Assembly (NCBI GenBank): GCA_965220745.1
Contig: CBDCQT010000006.1
Span: 79,730-143,729, forward strand
DNA from: Alphaproteobacteria bacterium
GTDB taxonomy: Bacteria; Pseudomonadota; Alphaproteobacteria; UBA828
Length of the DNA: 64,000 nucleotides
Direction of reading: 5' to 3'
Part shown: positions 1 to 7,789 of the stretch, piece after piece
Numbering within the stretch: the first letter of the stretch is position 1
Layout of the letters: each line of letters opens with the position of its first letter
Notes under the pieces: generated by a model
Told to the model about the DNA's origin: nothing
The model's database searches: none
The model's input: only the letters and a program-made list of their open reading frames with translations
Program-made: the position numbers and the translations under genes

Positions 1-440
1 CAGGTCCGGTGCAGGCGGCGCTTGAGGGTCTCCAAGCGAAGGTGCCGGAACTGCCGCTCGTGAATGCCACGACGGGCGAAATGGCGGAACAGAGAATCCC
101 GGGGGCCAAATACTGGAACCAGTCAGCTCCCCGCCGGGCGGCCGGGCGCCGGCTGCTCTCCGCCCTTGCCGCTCACGGAGCGGATGTGCTCGTCGAGGCC
201 GGTCCTGCGGTGATCTCCGGGCGCGCGGTCTCGCGAGCCTTCGGCGCTCGGAAACCACTGCTGCTCGCCAGTCCCCTGGAGTCGGAAGGCGAGGAAGCTG
301 CCGCCATCACGGCAGGTGTGGCGGCTGCATACGAAGCTGGCCTCGACCTGTCGTTCGCTGGCCTCTTCACCGGTGAACGCCGACGTCGGCTGCGTATCCC
401 AACGTACCCTTTCCAGAGGGAACGACACTGGATCAGCTGA
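1..440 (+). CDS. Type I polyketide synthase, C-terminal end (acyltransferase C-terminus and post-AT linker); partial; SupA-like
   Basis: AT-type segments LVNATTG..YW and VLVEAGP, then the post-AT linker motif IPTYPFQRERHWI directly followed by a stop; 5' end lies outside the window. Confidence 0.8.
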   Translation, partial: GPVQAALEGLQAKVPELPLVNATTGEMAEQRIPGAKYWNQSAPRRAAGRRLLSALAAHGADVLVEAGPAVISGRAVSRAFGARKPLLLASPLESEGEEAAAITAGVAAAYEAGLDLSFAGLFTGERRRRLRIPTYPFQRERHWIS

Positions 441-459
441 GCGGAGTGCCTGCACAAGA

Positions 460-757
460 AAGACCCCGGGGATTCGAGCGCTTCGCACGCGCCAACCCGC
501 CTCCGTCACCATCCGCGGGGACGCCATCGAGATCCGGCTCGGCTACCGAGTTCACGATTTCCTCCTCCGCGCCGACGGGTTCGACCGCAAGCAGTCCCGC
601 ACCCCGGCTCGGAACCCGCAAGCTCCGTTTGGTCGTCCGATACCACGCCCGCTGGCAGTCTCCGTCAGCCACCTCCGCGCCCCGGACTCCGCCTGTCGAC
701 TCCACCCGCTCCCTGGCGCTAGAATGTCACTTCACGAACTCACCGTGGGTGTTCAGG
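460..757 (+). pseudogene. Degraded C-terminal remnant and right end of a transposase of the same family as the IS at 27882-30027
   Basis: ASVTIRGDAIEIRLGYRVHDFLLRADGF plus (shifted frame) PRLGTRKLRLV align by eye to ATIDIQPHQIEVKFGRRAYNPHLIEAGY..PWLQDRALKITF; ccgtgggtgttcagg|ctgg (743-761) resembles the TIR end ctgttgggaattcagg|ctag. Confidence 0.55.
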
Positions 758-922
758 CTGGACTCCAGCGTCTCCATTCGGAACGCGTGGACGCCCTGCC
801 GGCGGCTCGCGCTGCTTGCATGTCAGGCAGCTGTGCGGCACACTGCCCGTCGAGCGCAGGGTGGGACCAACGACCAGCGGTCGCCCCGCTGCACCCACCG
901 AGATCCGGGGACGAGCCCAACG

Positions 923-1945
923 ATGAGTTCCAAGCGTGCCGGACCACCGCCAGCCTCGAACTCGGTCGAGGCATCCAGTGAGCAGAAGACGGGACTCGCA
1001 GCAGTGGGGCAGACGATAGATGCGCGCGGCCACCAGTCTTCCGACCTAGACGTTCCCCGACCCGCATCCGTCGTCCGTGCCAAGCTCGAGGACGGCGTGT
1101 CCGTGCCGGTTCGGCGTTACGGAAATCCAGAAGGTCCGCGCCTTCTGATGAGCCACGGAAACGGGCTCGCGATCGACCTCTACTATCCGTACTGGTCACT
1201 CCTGCTAGAGCAGTTCGACCTGCTGCTCTTCGATCTGCGCGGTCACGGCCGCAATCCTCCGGGACCGATGGCCGGGCACACCATACCGGCATTCTCGAGA
1301 GACTTGGAGACGATCGGCCAGACGGTGGACCGCTGCTTCGGTGTAAGGCCGAGGGCCGGTGTATTCCATTCCGTGTCGTGTCTGGCGGCCGCACTGTCAC
1401 CTTCCCTGGGGGCCTCCTATTCGGCACTCGTGCTGTTCGACCCGCCGCTCTACCCGGCGGGGATGGGGATCGCTCACCGGATTCTCGAATCCAGCTGCAG
1501 CCGCGCTGCGGCCAGAACCCGGATCCGAGTTCACCGGTTTCGCAGCGAGCGGGACTTCGTCGATCTGATGAAGGTGCAGCCGGCGATGGCGCGGCTCCTT
1601 CCAGGCGTGCCCGAGCTCATGGCCCGCACGACACTTCGAGCGGATGGGCAAGGGAGCTATGTATTGCGGTGTCAGCCCGAGTTCGAAGCGAGAATTCTCG
1701 ATTCGGTACCGAGGTTCTCGCGCTTGGTGGATCCCGATTTGCTGCCGCTGCCGGTGAAAGTGATCGCAGCGGACCCGCATCTCCAGCACCATTTCTTCCC
1801 CCCGTGCAACTTGGAGGGCACCAAGCTCGTTGACTTCGATTCGCTTTCGGACACGACTCATCTCGCACAGCTCGAGAGGCCGGAAGAGTGTGCGCGGCTC
1901 ACGATCGACTTCCTCGGGCGAATCGGCCTCTGCAAGACCGCCTGA
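923..1945 (+). CDS. Alpha/beta fold hydrolase (SupD/SupE-like)
   Basis: SHGNGL, FDLRGHG, nucleophile elbow GVFHSVS, C-terminal THLAQLERP; start uncertain (ATG 923 or GTG 1004). Confidence 0.8.
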   Translation: MSSKRAGPPPASNSVEASSEQKTGLAAVGQTIDARGHQSSDLDVPRPASVVRAKLEDGVSVPVRRYGNPEGPRLLMSHGNGLAIDLYYPYWSLLLEQFDLLLFDLRGHGRNPPGPMAGHTIPAFSRDLETIGQTVDRCFGVRPRAGVFHSVSCLAAALSPSLGASYSALVLFDPPLYPAGMGIAHRILESSCSRAAARTRIRVHRFRSERDFVDLMKVQPAMARLLPGVPELMARTTLRADGQGSYVLRCQPEFEARILDSVPRFSRLVDPDLLPLPVKVIAADPHLQHHFFPPCNLEGTKLVDFDSLSDTTHLAQLERPEECARLTIDFLGRIGLCKTA

Positions 1946-2049
1946 GACTCTACCCCGATTGCGTCACTCGCAACGGTGATTTCGACCGAAGTCTGGCTCT
2001 CCCGGCGAGTCTGATGCTGTAATTACTTGCAAGGTCCCTCTCCATCTGC

Positions 2050-2586
2050 AGTCCCAATCGCACGCCCGAGCGCTTGCTGAACAGCGTGCGCCCCCCGCAG
2101 GCGGCCTTGGACGGCCTGTCTGTGATCCGCACCAGCCAAGGTGATCTGTCGGCGGAAGATGTTGTGCGCAGCTACAAGCAGCTGACCCGGGTCGAGAGCA
2201 CCTTCCGCCACCTCAAGACTGTCGACTTGCAGGTGCGCCCGATCCGCCACCACAGCGAGCGCGTGCGGGCACACCTGCTGCTGTGCCTGCTGGCGTGCTA
2301 CGTGGAATGGCGCCTGCGCCAAGCTTTGGCTGAGCTGCTGTTTGAAGACGAAGACTTAGCGGGCTGGCGGGCGCGGTAAGCAGTGCAAGCAAAGAAGCAC
2401 CGCCGTCGCACGGCGGAGGGCCTGGAACTGCACAGCTTCCCGAAATTGCTGCAGATGCTGGGCACGCGCTGTCGCCATCAATGCCGCCCGCAGGGCGACG
2501 CCAACGGCGTCACGATGGAGCGGCTGACGGAGGCGAGCGCCTTGCAGGAGCGTGTGCTAGCGCGTCAGGATTCGGTTAGAGATTGA
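2050..2586 (+). pseudogene. IS1634-family transposase C-terminal fragment
   Basis: LDGLSVIRTS..VVRSYKQLTRVESTFRHLKTVDLQVRPIRH..RVRAHLLLCLLACYVEWRLRQ; internal stop at 2377-2379, continues as KKHRRRTAEGLELHSF; N-terminus missing. Confidence 0.75.
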
Positions 2587-2634
2587 GCATCTGTTGATTT
2601 AAACGGTAAGACGCATTCCCCGCACGGATGAATT

Positions 2635-2662
2635 GCCGGTTCGACTCCGGCCCGTGGCTCCA
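2635..2662 (+). other. tRNA 3'-end fragment (T-arm, acceptor strand, CCA; tRNA-Thr-like), possible att site
   Basis: GCCGG-TTCGACT-CCGGC-CCGTGGC-T-CCA; the expected 5' acceptor GCCACGG and D-arm are absent upstream. Confidence 0.55.
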
Positions 2663-2681
2663 AAGTCATTCAGGCCAACGC

Positions 2682-2921
2682 CTAATCCTCCCGCTCCACG
2701 AACACGTTCACCAGCGTGTCCACCCGACCCTCCAAACGGGCCATGCGCTCGCGGAGGTCGGCAATGTCGGAGCGAATCTCCCCGATGTCTTTCCAGTTGG
2801 TTTCGATGGAAGCGGCCAGCTGGTCCTGACCGCTCAGGATCATACCGCCGAGCGCGGCGGTAAGGGAGCCTAGGCCGACTCCCACGCCGACAATCGCGAT
2901 TATCGTTCCCCGGCCGTTCAT
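2682..2921 (-). CDS. Small membrane-anchored coiled-coil protein (79 aa), paralog 1
   Basis: ATG at 2921; N-terminal hydrophobic helix then heptads ending DLRERMARLEG; two paralogs elsewhere in the window. Confidence 0.7.
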   Translation of the reverse strand: MNGRGTIIAIVGVGVGLGSLTAALGGMILSGQDQLAASIETNWKDIGEIRSDIADLRERMARLEGRVDTLVNVFVERED

Positions 2922-2926
2922 CGTTT

Positions 2927-2940
2927 GGGAATTATGTACC
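2927..2940. mobile_element. Orphan IS1595-like terminal inverted repeat
   Basis: GGGAATTATGTAC is identical to the first 13 nt of the MITE TIR at 44269. Confidence 0.5.
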
Positions 2941-2974
2941 AAAATCAGCAGGCCCGGCGCTAGAGGGGCGGCAA

Positions 2975-3223
2975 CTACCCCCGCTTGAACACCTTCCCGC
3001 GCTTGGGGCATCGCGAGAGCTTGGAGCCCGCCAGCGTTCCGACGACGCCTCCGATGATCGCGCCGGGGATCGTTCCGGCCGCGGCTCCAAGCGGGCCGGC
3101 CACTATTCCGATTTTCGCCCCGATCAGAGCGCCCGCGGCCGCAAGGCTTCCGCACCCCACGACCGCGCCGGCCGCCGTGGGCTTGAAAGACTCGCCGCAC
3201 TGCGGGCACACGACCTCGCTCAT
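2975..3223 (-). CDS. Small glycine-zipper membrane protein flanked by Zn-ribbon-like knuckles
   Basis: CPQCG N-terminal, GxxxG repeats, CPKRG C-terminal; GGAGGA RBS upstream. Confidence 0.6.
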   Translation of the reverse strand: MSEVVCPQCGESFKPTAAGAVVGCGSLAAAGALIGAKIGIVAGPLGAAAGTIPGAIIGGVVGTLAGSKLSRCPKRGKVFKRG

Positions 3224-3238
3224 GGTTCGATTCCTCCG

Positions 3239-3610
3239 CTAGAGTGGGTCGGCGGGCTGTTCGGGCGTCGGCGCAGGCCGCTCAGCGGCGGGAGGAGCCG
3301 AGGCGGGGCGGCCGCGTTCCAATACGCCGCAGTCGTGGAGCATTAGCAGCGCAACGCCTACGAGAATCCCGACACCCACGTTCCGCACCACCCGCGAGCG
3401 CTCTTCAAGGCGGGCTATGTCGGGCCGTACGTCGGGCATCGAATCGATCTTCTTTTCGAGGCTCTCCTGTTTCGCCTCGACCCTGCCCAGCGACTTCATG
3501 ATCGTGAGCAGGGCGCCGAACACATCCCGCCCGTTCCCGCCTCCGGGAGGGGCGGGCGGCTCTGGCGGCCGGGTTATAGGCTCCTGATCGTGGCCGTTCG
3601 TCCTATCCAT
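3239..3610 (-). CDS. Hypothetical protein with coiled coil and C-terminal TM helix
   Basis: Heptads LGRVEAKQESLEKKID..IARLEER, hydrophobic VGVGILVGVALLML; overlaps the upstream gene's stop by 8 bp. Confidence 0.55.
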   Translation of the reverse strand: MDRTNGHDQEPITRPPEPPAPPGGGNGRDVFGALLTIMKSLGRVEAKQESLEKKIDSMPDVRPDIARLEERSRVVRNVGVGILVGVALLMLHDCGVLERGRPASAPPAAERPAPTPEQPADPL

Positions 3611-3878
3611 CTTGCGCGTCCTTGACTTCGAGCCATTGCCACACCGATGCGTTGGCGCGGCCGTAGTACCCCGCCATCGGAACTATGATGATCTGAGGCC
3701 GAAGGAGCGGGTCAGGTTGGGTCAGGGCCTTCCAAACCTCAAAGCTCGACCGGAGTCCCGATCGGCTGACCACCCAAGTACTACTGTTGACCTCGAAACT
3801 CTCATCGGGCTCGAATGCGGAACTGACGAGTTCTGTTAGGTCGTCCCCCGCAGCAGCCACCACTAGGAATGCAGTCAT
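3603..3878 (-). CDS. Small hypothetical protein (Cas2-like/ferredoxin-fold small-protein pattern)
   Basis: STWVV..IIIVPM.GYYG....VWQWL pattern; overlaps the start of the next gene. Confidence 0.55.
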   Translation of the reverse strand: MTAFLVVAAAGDDLTELVSSAFEPDESFEVNSSTWVVSRSGLRSSFEVWKALTQPDPLLRPQIIIVPMAGYYGRANASVWQWLEVKDAQDG

Positions 3879-3948
3879 CTTCTTAGCCAGCTCTCAGCGT
3901 AGCATCGCGGCAGTGTACCACCTTCCGGCCGCTTATTACAGAAAATCG

Positions 3949-4664
3949 GTAACTGCCCAGGTCCGGGGTTTGGCATTTGCTGACGAGTTGGGCTGTCCGT
4001 TTGCCAGAAAGAATGCGGAATTGGGCGGTGAAAATAGAGAATCGGCTTGCTCCGGTGCTGTGAGAATTGCTCCGCCCGCCTGCCCAGCCCCGGAAATCCC
4101 CGGCTGCGCAGCTCACGCCGTCGCGTTCAGTACCGCAGCGCGGCCAGCGCTGCCTCCGGCCCGCGCAGCAACGTCTCGAAGCGGTTCCAGCCCTGCTTGC
4201 CGGCCGTGGACAGCACGCTGCGCAGCGTGGCGAAGTCGCGCGCCCACTGCTCGGACCGGAAACAGCCCGAGATCTTCATGCGCAATTTCATCATGCGCAG
4301 ATCTTGCTCTGCCAAATTTCGTGAACGGCACGTCGGGCTCGTGCAGGAAGCGCAGCACCGACTCCCGGCGCTTCTCCAGCCGCAACGCCAGGTTGTGTCC
4401 CGGCCGCCGCTTCTTGCGCCCCCGCCGCCCACGCTGCGGTGCCCGCAGCGCAGGCTGGGACTCGTGATAATCCAGCGCCTTGCGCAGCAACTTGTCATAG
4501 CGCGCCTCGATGCTCGCCACCAGCCACGGCGGCAACGGCAGGTCCCGACCCCGGGCTCGCCGCACCACCCGATGCGCCAGCCGCAGCAACTGTTGCAGCT
4601 GCCCGGCCCAGACTTCCTTGTCGATCTCCACCAGCGCCTGTAACTCGCGCAAATGATGCGCGTT
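3949..4664 (-). mobile_element. IS66-family remnant: right end plus frameshifted TnpC C-terminus
   Basis: NAHHLREL..VLRFLHEPDVPFT then frameshift near 4320 to NLAEQDLRMMKLRMKISGCFRS; terminal GTAACTGCCCAGG at 3949; truncated at about 4664. Confidence 0.8.
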
Positions 4665-4732
4665 GTTCTTATAATTCCCTATTTTGATACAGTACTATTC
4701 ACTTGCGACAATAAATGTTATATAGTATCATT

Positions 4733-5458
4733 ATGCCTCGGCGCTCCCCCGCTTTGCTCGTCCCGCTGCTCGCTGCCAGTTCCCCCGTCACGCTCGAACA
4801 ACTCCAGAGAGCCCTCGGCCATGCCTCCCGCGCCACCACCTTCCGCTACCTCCGCCAAGTCCGCCATATGCGTAGCTATAACCACAACGGCCGCTTCTAC
4901 ACCGACCCCGCTCGCCAGCGCTTCGACCGCTTCGGCCTGTTCTCCCTCGGCGGCGTCCACTTCTCCCGGGACGGTTCCCTCAGCGCCACCGTGCTGCGCT
5001 TGCTGGGCGAATCCGACGACGGCTACACCGACCGCGAACTCGGCGACCTGCTGCACGTCGCCGTTTACCCCTGCCTGCGCGCCGCCGTCCGCCAGCAGCG
5101 TGCCCACCGCGAGCGCCTCGGTGGCGTCTATGTCTACTTCTCGGCCGATCCGCCGACCGCCGAGCAGCAGCGGCGCGCCCGCCAGACGCGCCTCCACGCC
5201 CGCCCGGCCGACACGCTGGAGCCGGCCGTCATCATCGCGGTGCTGCTGGCGCTGATCCGCCATCCCGGCTCCCCGCCCGGACAGCTGGCGCGCCACCTGC
5301 AGGGGCACTCCCCGCCGATCCCGCTGGTGCAGGTCCAGGCCGTGTTCGAGCGCTTCGAGCTGCACGGGATCGGCGAAAAAGGGGGGCTACCGCCTGCTGA
5401 CGCTGCTGAGCGTGTGCTTGAACTGGGCCGAACGCTCCCAGCGCAGGACAAGTCCTAA
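4733..5458 (+). CDS. IS-associated OrfA-like DNA-binding protein; downstream transposase part missing
   Basis: HTH-like N-terminus, SYNHNGRFYT..FDRFGLF..VHFSRDGSL motif; slippery GAAAAAGGGGGG at 5375-5386; preceded by an AT-rich segment that truncates the IS66. Confidence 0.5.
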   Translation: MPRRSPALLVPLLAASSPVTLEQLQRALGHASRATTFRYLRQVRHMRSYNHNGRFYTDPARQRFDRFGLFSLGGVHFSRDGSLSATVLRLLGESDDGYTDRELGDLLHVAVYPCLRAAVRQQRAHRERLGGVYVYFSADPPTAEQQRRARQTRLHARPADTLEPAVIIAVLLALIRHPGSPPGQLARHLQGHSPPIPLVQVQAVFERFELHGIGEKGGLPPADAAERVLELGRTLPAQDKS

Positions 5459-5716
5459 TCCATCTAAGCCAATTCATTACAAGGACTTTCCCTCGATTCT
5501 GGCCCGCAACGTCGGTCTACATCACAGGCCGCAAGCCTGCTGACCTTGCTGGATCGGTCTATGGTGGAGCTTGCGGTTCGGGACGCCACACGCGGGCAAT
5601 CCCGGGCATTCATTCTGGATTCTCGTCGTTTCGGCCCGTCCTGCTTGCGAGGGGGTAGCGGCTCGACCCAGTCGCCGGTGTCGGCTAGCTATAGTGGTCA
5701 TCGTCAAGTCGGGGGA

Positions 5717-5872
5717 ATGATGGACGCTTTTCGGGAGTGGCTGCAATCCAGCCTAGGGCTCGGGCCTGTGATCCAGGATGTGCTCCTTTTTCCCTTCCTT
5801 GCCGTCTTTCTCGTATGGGCGATCGGTAGCGCCGTCCTCGCGATTCTCTTCTTGAAGGTCAAGGCAGCGGAG
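5717..5872 (+). CDS. mscS: MscS-family mechanosensitive channel, 5' exon (52 aa)
   Basis: MMDAFREWLQ..TM helix..KVKAAE ends on a codon boundary immediately before the intron GTGCG; joins 7790 in frame. Confidence 0.7.
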
Positions 5873-7789
5873 GTGCGCCAGGCAAACTGGCCAATGTTAG
5901 GAGGTGAAAGTCCTCTGCGGTAAAGGATGAGCTGATCCATACTGCTCCCCGAGCCGTGCGGTCGCTCCCGTGAGGGAGCGGGCGAAGCGTCGGCAGGGGC
6001 GCATGCGGGCAGGGCTATCGAGCGTCGAAATCCTTGACATCTGGAGAGCCGAGGCTGTCTTTGCGGTCGAAGGCAATACCTCACGGTGCGCTATAGCTAG
6101 TGCCGGGAGGGCTCCACGGCGTCGAAGAACCCAGGCACGTATGTACGACAGAGGTTGGGACCTGGGAGGCCTTCGGGTCGTCCCGGCGGGTCGTCGCCGG
6201 GACCGTGAAGGGAAGGACAGGAGTCCAGACTGGAGATGCACGACCTGAAGGAGTCAGACTCGGCCATAGTAGCGACGAGTCCCGGGAACAAGGCGGCGGG
6301 AGCCGTGGCGGACTGGGAGGAGCGAAGGGCCGGGACCAACGAGAATCCGGGAGGCCGAAGCACGGTCCGCACGCAGGGGCGGGCAGCCGTGTCACAGGGG
6401 GCCGAGCGGATACGGCAATGCATGACGAGGAATCCAAAGGAGAAGCTCACTGCGCTGCTGCACCACGTGACGCCGGAGACGCTGCGAGCCGCCTATGACG
6501 CGCTGAAGCGCGAGGCGGCACCGGGCGTGGATGGCATGACGTGGGACAGGTACGGGGAAGGGTTGGACGAGCGGCTGCTCGAACTGCACGACCGCGTGCA
6601 TGCAGGAACGTACCGAGCGACGCCGTCACGGCGGGTGAACATTCCGAAGCCGGACGGCGGCACGCGACCGCTGGGGGTGGCCGCACTGGAAGACAAGATC
6701 GTCCAGAAGGCCGTTGTGGACAATATCCTGACGCCGATTTACGAGGCGCAATTCCTCGGGTTCAGCTACGGGTTCCGGCCCGGGCGGGGCGCGCACGACG
6801 CGCTAGACGCCTTGGCATACGGGATCGAGAAGCGCAAGGTCAACTGGATACTGGATGCCGACATCGCCAAGTTCTTCGACCGCATCGACAGGGACTGGAT
6901 GCTCCGGTTTTTGGGCGCGCGGATCGGAGACCAGCGGCTGATCAGGCTGATAGGAAAGTGGCTGCGCATGGGTGCCATGGAAGACGGCCAACTGGTCGAC
7001 ACGGGCAAGGGGACGCCGCAGGGGTCGGTGATTTCACCGGTCCTCGCCAACATCTACCTGCATTACGTACTCGATCAGTGGGTCGGGCGGAAGTGGCGAC
7101 CGCGGGAAGCACGCGGCGAAATGATCTTCGTGCGGTATGCCGACGATTACGTGGCGGGCTTCCAGCATCGGAAGGACGCGGAACGGTTCCTGAGGGACCT
7201 GAAGGAGAGGCTCGGCCAGTTCGGACTGGAACTGCACCCGGACAAGACCCGCCTGATCGAGTTCGGACGGTTCGCGATGGCGGACCGGAAGAAGCGCGGG
7301 CAGGGACGCCCGGAAACGTTCGATTTCCTCGGCATGACGCACTATTGCCGACAGACGAGGAAGGGACATTTCGGGCTGGGGCGCAAGCCGGTGGCGAAAC
7401 GCATGAGCCGGACCCTGAATGCCATCCGGGCCAAATTGCGACGTCGCATGCATGCGGACACGCTGGAGACCGGGAGATGGCTGGGACAGGTGCTGCGAGG
7501 CTGGTACAACTACTTCGCGGTGCCGACCAGCTACCCGTACCTGGCCAGATTCGAGCAGCGCGTAAAGCGGGAATGGCTAACCATTCTGCGGAAACGGTCG
7601 CAAAAGGACCGGTACCCGAGGGAGCGACAGGACCGGCTGTGCCAAGCCCTGTGGCCGCCCGTACAAGTGCTTCACCCGTGGCCAGACCAGAGATTTGCCG
7701 TCAAGCATCGGAGGTAGGAGCCGAGTGCGTTAACGCGCCTGCTCGGATCTGTGCGGGGGGAGCTGGGTAACCGGCTTCCCTACCGCGAT
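5873..7789 (+). mobile_element. Group II intron (ribozyme plus RT/maturase), 1917 nt
   Basis: 5' GTGCG at 5873; domain V/VI GAGCCGAGTGCGTTAACGCGCCTGCTCGGATCTGTGCGGGGGG..CCCTACCGCGAT ending at 7789; internal RT ORF. Confidence 0.92.
6236..7717 (+). CDS. ltrA: Group II intron reverse transcriptase/maturase without endonuclease domain
   Basis: AAPGVDG, IPKPDGGTRPLG, SYGFRPGR, LDADIAKFFD, GTPQGSVISPVLANIYLH, RYADD, FDFLG, domain X RGWYNYF; no HNH motif. Confidence 0.95.
   Translation: MHDLKESDSAIVATSPGNKAAGAVADWEERRAGTNENPGGRSTVRTQGRAAVSQGAERIRQCMTRNPKEKLTALLHHVTPETLRAAYDALKREAAPGVDGMTWDRYGEGLDERLLELHDRVHAGTYRATPSRRVNIPKPDGGTRPLGVAALEDKIVQKAVVDNILTPIYEAQFLGFSYGFRPGRGAHDALDALAYGIEKRKVNWILDADIAKFFDRIDRDWMLRFLGARIGDQRLIRLIGKWLRMGAMEDGQLVDTGKGTPQGSVISPVLANIYLHYVLDQWVGRKWRPREARGEMIFVRYADDYVAGFQHRKDAERFLRDLKERLGQFGLELHPDKTRLIEFGRFAMADRKKRGQGRPETFDFLGMTHYCRQTRKGHFGLGRKPVAKRMSRTLNAIRAKLRRRMHADTLETGRWLGQVLRGWYNYFAVPTSYPYLARFEQRVKREWLTILRKRSQKDRYPRERQDRLCQALWPPVQVLHPWPDQRFAVKHRR

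Noticed and set aside
446-922. N-terminal 159 aa of the 499-aa ORF
   Set aside because: Low-complexity read-through across an IS relic; hydrolase homology starts later.
4671-4679. ATAATTCCC as partner TIR of 2927
   Set aside because: Only 9 bp match, no target duplication, and it lies within the end of a different element.
5914-5919. CTCTGC as EBS1 pairing with exon end GCGGAG
   Set aside because: Complementary, but too close to the intron 5' end for domain Id3; cannot be assigned without folding.
7751-7789. GTG 7751 as start of the MscS gene
   Set aside because: It lies in intron domain V/VI; the real N-terminus is the exon at 5717-5872.
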